Made by a program: the position numbers and the translations under genes. DNA of 64,000 nt from Dimorphilus gyrociliatus (lineage: Eukaryota > Animalia > Annelida), in NCBI GenBank assembly GCA_904063045.1, contig CAJFCJ010000019.1, positions 730,691 through 794,690 of the forward strand. The letters run 5' to 3'. Below the pieces are notes generated by a model. That model was not told the DNA's origin. It searched no databases and saw only the letters and a list, made by a program, of their open reading frames with translations. Positions 52,792 through 64,000 of the stretch are shown here, piece after piece. The first letter of the stretch is position 1; the number at the start of each line of letters is the position of its first letter.

Positions 52792-53843
52792 TGTGTGTAC
52801 CTCTCCCATTATGATATGCCTTATTCTCACTTCTTTCTGATCGTATTCCTCGCACAAGGGCGACATTGGGCCGGTTATAAATCGACCCTAATTATTCAAC
52901 ACACCGTTGTTATTAGAGAAATAAAACAATTATATAAACAAACAAAAATATGTTTACATTTATAAAGGGAATTATCTCAAAACATAGAACTATAAAAGGA
53001 AAAGTTTGAAAATATTAACAGTAGACTAATATAAGAAAGTATATATAAATATATATATAAATTTATATATATATATAAGAGATTTATTATAAAATCTATT
53101 ATCTATTATTGTCAATTATTGCATATGATACTCATGACTTTTTCACTGTTCAATCAAGTATCTATTTACACTTGTTTATATAAAAAAAAGAAATAACTAT
53201 TATAGTTTTAGTATTTGTTTTTTCTTTCCTCTGACTATCTATCTATGTCTATCATTTTTAAAAGAAAATAAATATCTTTTTCTCTCTTTGTATCCATTGA
53301 AATAATTTTTTAAAGAGTGCTAATTGAAATAGAAGAAAATAATGGAAGTGTTAAGAGTTTGAAGGATAAGAAAAAGGTGAGAGAGAAAGAAAGAAAGAGA
53401 AAATAAAAGGAAAATTTCTCTTTGAAATAGGAAATATAGAAAAAAAGATCTAGTATTTTATCTTTTGTTTCACTGTATCCTTCTTTCAGCTTCCCTTCTC
53501 TTCTGTTTTTCTTACCTATGCATTTAACTCTTTATCTCTTTTATCTATCTATCTACCTATCTATCTATCTCTCTATCTCTCCTTTTATTTAATTATTGTT
53601 GGAAAAAACAAAACCTTTCTTGATAGTTGAAAGAAAAAAATGAATAATAAAAAAGTCAAGAAAACCAAAACAAACAGAGAAAAAAAATTATAAGAAAACA
53701 AAAATACTCTATCTTCTAAACTAATTAATTAATTAATTAATTAATTAATTAATTAATCTCAACTAATTATAAATAAAAAAAAAACCAGAAAAGGTGTTAC
53801 ACATATTAAAAATATATAGAGTATTATTATAATATTATGTATG

Positions 53844-53896
<53 letters not shown>

Positions 53897-54478
53897 CTGT
53901 ATATACTATATATATTTATATATATATGGGTATATGAAAAGGATTATTTATCTTTCTACGATGACTATGAGATTAAATAAAAAGTAATTGGAAAAACAAA
54001 ATATATAATGAATAAACTGATTGTTTAAAAACTTACCGAATCAACAGAATCATCGACAAGGTAGACAACTAATCTTTCGCATTTAATTAATCTTTGAGCA
54101 TTTCCCATTATCCTCTGTACTAAATTTGTTAAGTTTTGTTGTTCCTCAAATATATTTTTAGCCATTGTAAGCAGCATCTAATTGTAAAGAAAAAAAACAA
54201 ACAAGAGAAAATACCTCGTTAATAAGTCTGCCATTTTTGTTTTTACTAAGGGGAGGTGTTTCTCTTTACCTCATTCTTTTTGTATTCTTGTACGGATGTT
54301 TCAAATAATTGTGCATTCGTCAGCCCTATACCACAAAACGTGAGATACTGAGAAAATACCTAGAAAGTGAAAGAAGGAGAAAAAAAAAGAAAATCATATT
54401 TTTATTTTATTACATTAATAAATTAAAAAGAAATAATGAAGAAGGAAGAGAAAGAGAGAAAAAAATCATATATGTTTT

Positions 54479-54518
<40 letters not shown>

Positions 54519-55060
54519 ACTTATATACAGTATATACTAATATATATAAATAAGAAGGGAAAAGAAAGGAAAAGATGAAAATAGTTTTGCACTTGCACTT
54601 TTTTTTATTATTTATTTATAGTTTTTAGAATAGAAATATAAATAAAATCAAGAAATATTGATGTAGACTGTATATTATATAGAGGTAGTCATATTTAGTA
54701 AGTAATAAATCAAAAGTAGTTTTTTTTATGATCTATAATTGAATGAATGACACTCGAACTAATCTGACCTACACGAAATTACAAGTGATTTAATACAGGT
54801 AATTCAGCTTGTTTAAATAGCCTTTTTTTTTGTTTTTTTTTTCTTTCCTTACCTTTCTTATGTGCATAAAAAAGAGTGCAAAATGAATATATATATATAC
54901 ATATATATATACTTTATATATATATATATATATAAAGAAAAAATAAATCACAAGCTATTAAAGTTTTAAAGAAAAAAAAAGACGATAGTATTTCATTTCT
55001 GTGTGTGACATTTGAATCTAATTATTATAATTTATTAAACATACATACATACATACATAT

Positions 55061-55115
<55 letters not shown>

Positions 55116-55533
55116 TATATTAGTATATAGTTGAATGAAATACTTGAATTTCCAAAGAAAAGATAGAATGCGTCACTTCTTTTCTTTCTTTTGTTAAAGA
55201 ATACAATTAAATAGGTTAGAAAAAAAATAACAACGGTAAATTTCATGTTTTAAAATTGGTTATAATAATCTTCTAGTATAAATAGGAAAGAGAAGGGAAA
55301 ATATTAATAATATGAATAGTAAATTAGTTAATTAAATAAGCATGTGTTATTTCTTAGGTAGAGTGATAGAGAGAATATTAAAAGAAGTAGAGCAATGAAT
55401 AAGAAAATAATAGAATAAAAATAAATCTTCACACAAGAACGACACTCGAAACCTGTTCGTCGAATTTCGTAAAGCCATCAACCTAAATGTTTGCCAAAGG
55501 AAAAACAAACATTCACATACTGCTTAGCGCTTA

Positions 55534-55571
<38 letters not shown>

Positions 55572-58500
55572 TATTCATATATATGCATATATTGAATATT
55601 GATTTTAGAATAACTTAAACAAGAGGAAAAACAAGATAAAATGAAGAAAACATTAGACTGTTTAATACCCTCTCTTTCTTGATTAAACTTTTGCATATTC
55701 AGCTTGCTTTTATTAGACAAATATTATATAATATACTTGTGTGATTAGTGTTTTTGGTTTTTCAATACCTTTCCTTCTTTAATCTATTGATTATAAATCA
55801 TAGTATATTATATAGTTATTAAATATTCGTATACTTTTCATCTATTAGATACTTTATAAAGAATCCTCTCCAAACAAAACATTATTATATTAATCAAATG
55901 AAAGAAGAGAGGAGAAATTATATTTTCATCTTCTTCATCATTTCTTTTCTAATTTCATTAAAAAGTAAGACCTTTATTTGTTTTTCTTTAACTTATTTAC
56001 CTTTTCCAATAGAATGCCCTTATAAAGCATTATTTTATTTAAATAAAGAATAATAACTTATTTATAGAGAGTCTAACTCTAAGAACATATTGACCGAACA
56101 AGGTAGATTACACAAATTCCTTTCTTTGTCTCTTCCCACACCACCTCACCTCACCCCCTCCCCCCCACATTGTAGTCTTCTCCTATTCTTTTCTATGTAT
56201 TCCTATTCTTACATTCTCTTTATTTTTCTTGTAACTATTTGTCCTAGTGTCTAAATCGAATAGTCAAACAAAATGGTGAGTATATATGTGTACTTACTAT
56301 TTAAAAGAAAACAATAAAATCAAGGCCTACCTTTAAGTTTCAAGAATAAATATTTTATTAATAAAGTACTTTAGGCAAATAGTTTAAGTATAATATGCAA
56401 CTAATTAGTATAATTGAAGAGGTGAAAGCATGTTTTTTAAAGAATCGATTATTTTTTATGTTATCGTAAAGCTAATAAATCAAATAATATATATATATAT
56501 ATATATCATAAGATTAAAGAAAAAGATATATATATAGTAGGAGAGCAAGGAACGAAAAATAAAAGATGAAATTCATACACATTACTTATTTATATTGCAA
56601 GAAAACACTCTGAATATGATTAATGCTAATCTATAATAAGAAAGTAAGAAATATGAATAAATTATTATCAATTATTTACTTTGGACATCAATTCTTAATC
56701 GTAATTATGAAAACACTTATGATAAAAAAGAATGCCTAAATAAATCAGAAAAAAAGATCTAATAGGCTTATGATTAGTAAATATTTCACACTTTTAATAC
56801 ATATATTCTTTCTAGCTTTGTTTATTTAATAGCGTATACACAATATTCTTACAAGTCTTTTTTTACAGTTTCCGCCCCCCCCCCCCTCTCTCTCTCTCTC
56901 TCTCTATCTTCCCGTTTCATTTCTCATTTCTCTAAATTCATTACTTGATATTCGTAAAGTAATGAATACAACTCTGTCTTATTATATTTTGTTTTGTTCT
57001 TTTATCAATCTTGTCCCTAAGATCAATAAGAAAATATAATAGAATCTATTTGTTTTATCCTATAATATATTACATATGAGAAAATGTACATATATATATA
57101 TAAGAATTATATAAATTGCTTATATGTAGGATATATACAACACTATTTGAAGTTAGCCAAAAATTAATTCATTTTTTATCATTTTTTATAGTTCATTCGT
57201 TCTTTCACACACACACACACACACACACTCTCTCCTCTTCTCTCTGTGATTTTTACGCTTTCTAACTGTTTTTCTTCTTTTTTGTACTTTATTACTATAA
57301 TAAAACAGTTTAACTCTTCATTTTTGTATTGTTTTTGCTCTTAGTTTTTTTTTGGTTTACTTTTTTATATGTTATTCTTTTTTTTTAAACAGATATTCTT
57401 ACCCTCTCATCTTCGTTAGTGAATACTGTGCAATCCGAATCCTGTTGTTTGTTCATTATTTGAGCTACTCCGATAACCTGTCAGCAAAATAGAAAGTAAA
57501 CAGTGATAAACTATTGAATTAGGCTTTTACTACTAGCCTCTCCTTCATAATTCAATATCGGCATACACAATAAACTCTTGGTACGAAATCCGGTCATCTT
57601 ATCAATTTCTTGATTAAATCGTGGGTCCTAGAAAGGAAATATACGTTCGATTAGTTAAAAAAAAAAAAAAGAATATAATCATTATTTAATAGGCCTAGAT
57701 AAAAAAAATCTCTTTTATTGCATAAGCCGTTCGAGAACATATCAATAATCTCTATGGAGATTACATCCGATTTTTCTATAGGTACCGAAGCGTCATTAAT
57801 AAGTGTTTGAGTTTCGTGCGGAATAGGTAAAAAGAATAAGAGATATATATATATATATACTTATTATTTACGTGTTTTATTTTTTTTCTATTCTTATTGA
57901 AACGATATAAAGAAATGCTGATTATATAATATAAATTTCCTATTCAATTCTCATTCATCCCTTTCGTTTCCTGCATCGTAATAGTAAAATATATAAACAT
58001 ATGTACTTATACTGTTGATTTATTAAAAGATTGAATTTTAAATAACAGATAGCTAGAGCAAAAAAACAAAATATACTTATTGAAACATTGAAGGTCAATT
58101 GGGTGATAAAATATTAAACGATGAATTATAAGTTTAATTTGGAAAGTCTAGTCTCTACTTTTACAAGTAAAAAAAAAAGAACAAAATAAATAGATTAAGT
58201 AAATAAATTACTTTATAAAAATTAATAGTCAGGATTGTAAAATAATAAAAAAGAAAGAAAAAATCTATTTATAAACTTTTCATTTCATCCTTTCTCTTCT
58301 CCTTCTCCTTCTCCTCATCCTCCTCTTTCTACTCATCCTTCTTTCCTTTTCTTTTACATTAACTATTTAATATTTATATTACAAATAATAATCTTTTACC
58401 TAATGATTTTTTATATCCCCTATATTTCCTTTACTTCGTTTCTTGTCGTTTATGATATTTATCGGTTTTATCAAAAGGAAAAGAAAAGGGAAGAAGAAAA

Positions 58501-60533
58501 AGATTATCTGGTAAAAAGAAATTCAATCTTTTGCATACTTGTTTTTTTTCTGTGCCTATAATAGTCTCGGTAACCATTAGAACTCGGAAAAAGAGGTTAC
58601 TACTGATATAAATATCTATAGATAAATATATATTTATATTTAGTACACCTTTAATCTACCATTTTTATGACATATTACGACGGTATCGCTGTATCTAGGT
58701 CCTTACTATGTCCATAACTCTAGGCCCAAAATATATAATTGCTTTTAACTGTTCTCCGATCTAAATGTTTTATATATTTATACAAAGTATGTATACGAAC
58801 ATTTTGTGCATACTTTGCAATAATACTCTAAATGTATTATACATAAGATAATGTAGTGTAAACAACAACTAGCTTATGTATAATGTCTTTTGGAGTAATA
58901 TAATTTATATTCTACGTATATAAATACAATTATTATATATATGTATATATATAGTACATTGTATATAGAGTCTGGGGAACTATTAATAAATGATGAGCGT
59001 TGTTTGGTATCTATAGAAACCTTATTCGTAAACTAACTAGCTAACTTTACTGTTTCACCCTTCCACTACTTATATATCTCCCTTTAACAGAGATTTCTTT
59101 TTGTATTAATTCCTAAATCAAATAGTAAGAACAGCAAATAAGAAATCGTTTAAACATTCATACCTCGTATGCGTCTTTGATATTGATTGGATGTTTGGTT
59201 TCAGCAACAGTTCCAGCGATACCAACTCCAAATGGAACAGTTATTTCAGAGTTATCAGTATGTACTACATCTTCTAAACAGGAATCAGCTGTTACATCAA
59301 ATAATTTACTGACCAAATAACGTTTCATTCTTGATCCTCTAACAAGAAATAAGCTGCCTCTATCACTTTTTGTTAATATTCCAACATTGATGAGGATTTT
59401 ATGGCATAGAGCATTTACATCCAATTCGTTTGCAATTTCACGAATTAATTCCATAAATAGCTCTTTTTCACCCAAATTTTCTAAATTCTTTTTTTTACGT
59501 TGAGAAACAGGAGAAGAGTATCTTCTCCGACCCTCAACAATATCTCTAAACATATTTGTAGTAATGGAATTTCTAAAGGCAGGATAAATTTTCATATTTC
59601 CCTTTCTCTCTAATACAAATATCTTAACTAACCATTTCCCTCCCTGTGCCCATCTATTAACGAAAAGACAAGAGAACAATAATGCTTATCCCCTCTTCTT
59701 TCTCCTATCATATTATCCAATAAACGTTTGAACAATTAAATAAATATAAAAACAATTTTGTATGAGGAGAGAAGAGAAGAATATATTTTTACGATTGCTA
59801 TCTATTCATTCTAAAACCAATAAATATAAAGTTCTTTATGAATTTGATTACTAGTAGCTAGAAAATATTTATATATATATTGTTCCTTTAAATTATTAAC
59901 ATTCTTTAAAAACTAATAAACTATGAATTAAAACTATTTAAATATTGGCATTTATCAAATATTCAGGTAGGAATATTTTGATTAGCAATAATACATTTTG
60001 CGTTATATTACCTTGGAAAAGGAATATAGGAATATTCATATAATTGTCATTGTAAGATACCGCTAACTAGACTGACATATGTAACATTAATAAATATCAG
60101 AATATATATTAACATTATCCTTTTTATGAACCATAGACTATCGTTAAACTTAAAATATAACTTGACCTTAATATACATTTTATGACAAACTGATAGATTG
60201 AAGTCAATAAAATATCAAATCCTTTTTCGCTTATGATACGTATTTAACCTATATAGCATTGTTGACGGATAGTTCATCTACTGATTTTCTTGGGTTAGAA
60301 CCACTCATGTTATTAGTACAGAACGAAAAAATAGAAAAAGAACCCTGCCTTGAAGGTGTATTCGTATAATTAAGAGCTGCAAGTTCATCTTCTTCAGTAA
60401 CCGTTTCCTCTGGTTCATTTTCAGTTTTTTCTAAATTATCCATATTAGCTTTGAACCATTTTGAGGCGAATGCCTTATTTTTTTTTAAAAATTCATCAAC
60501 ATCTTTCTCCCTTATTGTACTCTTTCGACTCAT
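45845..60533 (-). CDS. cGMP phosphodiesterase with two GAF domains, invertebrate PDE5/PDE6 type, C-terminal CaaX
   Basis: Exons (minus): 60533-60349 (donor inferred), 59572-59164, 57627-57538, 57477-57403, 54359-54270, 54177-54037, 50279-50215, 49881-49818, 49679-49629, 49554-49411, 49342-49199, 49032-48886, 48805-48698, 48489-48380, 48314-48126, 48073-47996, 47937-47799, 47745-47662, [46636-46534 or 46175-46085], 45957-45845. GAF motifs [44 protein letters not shown]; catalytic [45 protein letters not shown]; ends KPSKFCIII*. Confidence 0.93.
49972..50008. repeat. (CT)n microsatellite in a PDE intron
   Basis: Direct read. Confidence 0.85.
51963..52008. repeat. Compound (CT)n(GT)n microsatellite
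   Basis: Direct read. Confidence 0.9.
53722..53757. repeat. (TAAT)n tetranucleotide repeat
   Basis: Direct read; about nine units. Confidence 0.85.
55069..55112. repeat. (TA)n microsatellite (one of many in the PDE introns)
   Basis: Direct read. Confidence 0.85.
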
Positions 60534-61650
60534 TTTTAAAAAATTTCCTCCAATAAAACAACGATAAGCGTAGAAAAAAAAAAAATAACTTTCTCCTTCT
60601 ATCTCTATATATTACTTCTCTTATATTTTCTCCTTCTCCTTATCTTCTTGTCTTTCCTTTTGTTTTTGTTTTCACAAAATGTTTATAAAAGTTCATAAAA
60701 AAAACTTGAATTTTTATTATTGTTTCTCCTTAGAGTTTTATCTTATGTTTTAGTTCTTCTTTCGTTTTATTCCTTCCTTACAGCAAGAAGAATGTCGATA
60801 TTAAAAATTTGTTGAATATTTGTTCTTTTATTAATTGTTATTTATTGTGTTTTCAAATTTCTTTCTTTTTCTGTCGGCCTATATTCTAAAATGCCGAATC
60901 ATTTCATTTCTCAGATGTCCTTTTTTTCAACGTTATCCGCAGCCATAGATAAAAAAAAGAGAGAGAGATAACTGTGGTGATAGTAAGAGGTTTCAGTTCA
61001 ACTAGGTAATCTTCGTTTTGCGCTTTAAGTGTGCTGACTGTCTATTTGAGGCGACCTCTAGTAGTAATTTATACTCTCTTGTCGTTGGACGATTGATCCG
61101 CAAGCCTTTCTTCAGCCAATTGTTGTTCGAGGAAAATTTTTCACTGACACATCCACTCTACAAATCTTCAATATTTCCTACTTTAAATGTTATTGTACTC
61201 GAATATTTGTTACACAATAGATAGAAAATGGCCTATTAGTAGATGTAAATTTTCATAATCTTTTTGCCCTAGAAAGTACTTTGTGCGAAAACACAGATAG
61301 AGAGAGAGAGAGAGAGAAACAGAGAGACAGAAAGCCAAAAACAAATCTGCGATCTATTTAACAGAAAGTATAGCTTTTGTCGGTTTTAGTTACGCTTTGT
61401 CGATTTTTAATGTTTGTGTCTATTATCAATGTTTCCTTTGATTTTTGTATTTGCCGTAGAAAGTTCAGTGGTGGTTGATAAAGTAAACAGTAAATGGACA
61501 AGTATTAATAGATATATCAGTTTTTATTATATCTATTATTAACAGTTCAAATCAGCAAATTTTTCATCTTTTATACGAAGATATCGAAAGCTATTTTTCA
61601 TTATTGTAGTCGAGTGAGATACAAAAAAAACTACTTTTTTCTCGATAAAA

Positions 61651-61693
61651 GTCACATGATCTGTGAATATCACATGGCTTGAAGTCACATGAT
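61651..61693 (+). promoter_or_regulatory. Cluster of three CLEAR/M-box-like E-boxes (GTCACATGAT, ATCACATGG, GTCACATGAT) in the GALC promoter
   Basis: Sites at 61651-61660, 61669-61677 and 61684-61693, ending 16 nt before the GALC ATG. Confidence 0.7.
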
Positions 61694-61709
61694 TTCAATA
61701 AGCGACAAT

Positions 61710-62074
61710 ATGAAACGTCTAACATTAATTTTTGGTATAATTAGCCTAATTAGGGCATATAATATCGATATTGATTCGGAAATGGGAAGATATTTTGATG
61801 GCATAGGAGGATTGAGTGGTGGCGGAGTAAGAGATATTTAATTTTTAATAAGTTTGCTTAATATAATGAACCATTAATTAAAGAACTGGGCGTTTACTGA
61901 TCAAACGAGAAAAATAATATGATATATGATATTTAGTGAAGAAAAGCGACCGTTAATAACAAGGCTGTTTATAGTTAAGCAAAGCAGTAATTAAGTATTT
62001 CTTTTAGCCTTCTGATGGATGTTTTTTATTCCATTTTCACTATTTGAAATGGTTAAGAACCTTTTTGTATTACG

Positions 62075-62119
<45 letters not shown>

Positions 62120-63819
62120 GTTTAATTTATATAATAAGCAGCCCTGACAAAGTAACAACAAACAGCAGGAAGATGCTATTAAGATAGAAACGAGGACGGA
62201 AAAAAAGAAAGAGAATAAAATAATGAAAAAGTCTTTTCTCTCTCTCATTTTCTCACTCATTCATTTTCTGTATTCCTTTCCTATACCTTCATCTCCTCTC
62301 CTGTCTATCTCTCTATCTCTCTCTCTCTCTCTCTCTCTTTCTTTCTTTATAAAAGTAAAAATTAATGATTTTAACGACTCTGTATATTGTAAATATTAAT
62401 CCATATAACTATATATATATAAGTATATATATACTTAACAAAAATTTCTTTTAAAAGCGTTATATTTCAAAGAAAATAAATGTTTTCCTACTTCAAACAA
62501 TCCGCTATTTATCCTTAATAAATATTTCAAACGTACTTAAAACTGGGTACCTTTTTCATTGCATCCTTTAAAAGAGTCTAAATAGGAACATGTTCCGGAA
62601 TTATAAGCCTAATAATGGACTTCTTATTAATTCCGTCACTGTCACGTAATTGAGGAAATATAGTATAATATAGAATTTTATAACTTTTACTCTAAATGGA
62701 TTAATTTGAATATTTATAAATATTCATCAATAATTAGAAAAGGGAAATAAGATATGGTTAAAGCATTTTTTAGTTTAAATGTACTTTTCGTGTAATAATA
62801 TTTTTTAATACTATTCTATTCTAAAGAATAATTATTTGTGTTTTTCTTCATTTATCATTTTTTAGGCAACATCAAAATTATTAATTAATTATCCTGAACC
62901 GCAAAGATCGCAAATTCTTGACTATCTTTTCAAACCCAACTTTGGTGCTTCACTTCAAATAATTAAAGTTGAAATTGGAGGTGATGGACAATCGACTGAA
63001 GGAACTGAAGCGTCTCATATGCACGAACCATGGGATGAAAACTATCAGCGAGGTTACGAATGGTGGATTCTAAAGGAGGCTAAGAGAAGAAATCCAGATA
63101 TTCTTACGTATGGTTTACCGTGGGCATGGCCAGGTTGGATAGGAAACTATACTCAAAATCCTTTTGTCGCTATTGACCAGACAGTTAGATATATAATTAA
63201 TTGGATAGAGGCTGCTAAAAGAATTCATGGAATCAATATTGATTTTATAGGAAAGTACTATCCTTACAGAATTACACTGACTATCTCATGTTCTACTTAC
63301 GTAATAAGTTCTAAAAATAGATACATTATTGCTACAGCACCTTCCCGTCCTCTTTTCTAAATGATGAAGCTAATTTTTGAGTCTTATTTAAAGAAAACCG
63401 CTTTTTTATTAAAACTTTTATAATATAAAGACATTAAGGAGTGGTGATAAGGTTGCGTACTTGCTGAATAATACGTAATTTATTTTCTTAACAGGTGTTT
63501 GGAATGAGAAAACATATAACAATGATTATATTAAGCTTTTAAGACAAACTCTTGATATTCGAGGACTTCGAACTAGGATAGTAACTCCAGATGGTGGGTG
63601 GAGTCCAATGGCTAAAGATGTATTAAGTGATAACGAATTGGCAAAAGCTGTTTACGCTATAGGTGCTCATTATCCTGGTACAACTAGTGATGAAGATGCA
63701 CAAAGAACTGGCAAACCATTATGGGCTTCCGAAGATTACAGTACATTTAATAACGAAGTTGGTGGCGGTTGTTGGGCAAGAATACTGAATCAGAATTACG
63801 TTAACGGTTTAATGACTAG
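61710..63819 (+). CDS. GALC: Galactocerebrosidase (glycoside hydrolase family 59), 5' part; continues beyond the window
   Basis: Exons 61710-61826, 62866-63250, 63495-63819. Signal peptide, [100 protein letters not shown]. Confidence 0.96.
62075..62115. repeat. (TA)n microsatellite in GALC intron 1
   Basis: Direct read. Confidence 0.85.
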
Positions 63820-64000
63820 GTAGGAAAGTCAACTTGAGCTTAAAAAAATAGGTGTGTCTGATTAAACTTTTCATATTCCTTTTCTTTCTCTCTCTCTCGC
63901 TCTCTCTCTCACTCACTCACTCACTCACACTCTCTCTCTGTCTCTCTTTCTCGCTCGCTGACTCCCTTTCTTCATATCTCATTCCTTCTAATCGTAGCAT

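Noticed and set aside
61018-61224. 68-aa ORF between the PDE and GALC
   Set aside because: No homology cues or convincing start context; probably part of the divergent promoter or PDE 5'UTR.

Overview
Very AT-rich, intron-containing animal (bilaterian invertebrate, probably lophotrochozoan) genomic DNA with a compact layout: most housekeeping-gene introns are only about 53-70 nt. The species cannot be fixed from sequence alone. I assembled the gene models by hand from splice signals and reading-frame (phase) continuity. In order: an intact Tc1-type DD34E transposon with IR/DR ends (16-1668); a 23-exon SORBS/CAP gene with a SoHo domain and 3 SH3 domains (+, 6124-19720); a convergent PDZ + synaptopodin/calsarcin-motif gene (-, 21354-24245); a two-exon Ig/Cys-rich type I membrane protein (+, 25513-28436); an intronless C2H2-like zinc-finger gene; a netrin; B9D2; TDP1 with N-terminal MIU/UIM-like and PBZ modules; MFAP1; NudE/NDE1; a secreted PqaA/AprA-family hydrolase; a two-GAF cGMP phosphodiesterase of the invertebrate PDE5/6 type (-, 45845-60533); and the 5' part of galactocerebrosidase (GALC), truncated by the window end. 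No rRNA, confident tRNA or CRISPR array was found. Most notable: a duplicated, apparently mutually exclusive exon pair encoding the last helix of the PDE catalytic domain; non-canonical splice donors (a GA-AG intron next to the GALC catalytic WNE motif, and GC-AG introns in the PDE); an invertebrate synaptopodin/myozenin-like gene beside SORBS and near PDE5/6, echoing vertebrate paralogon linkage; a triple CLEAR/M-box cluster in the GALC promoter; and a tandem ZPBP/Sp38-like receptor.
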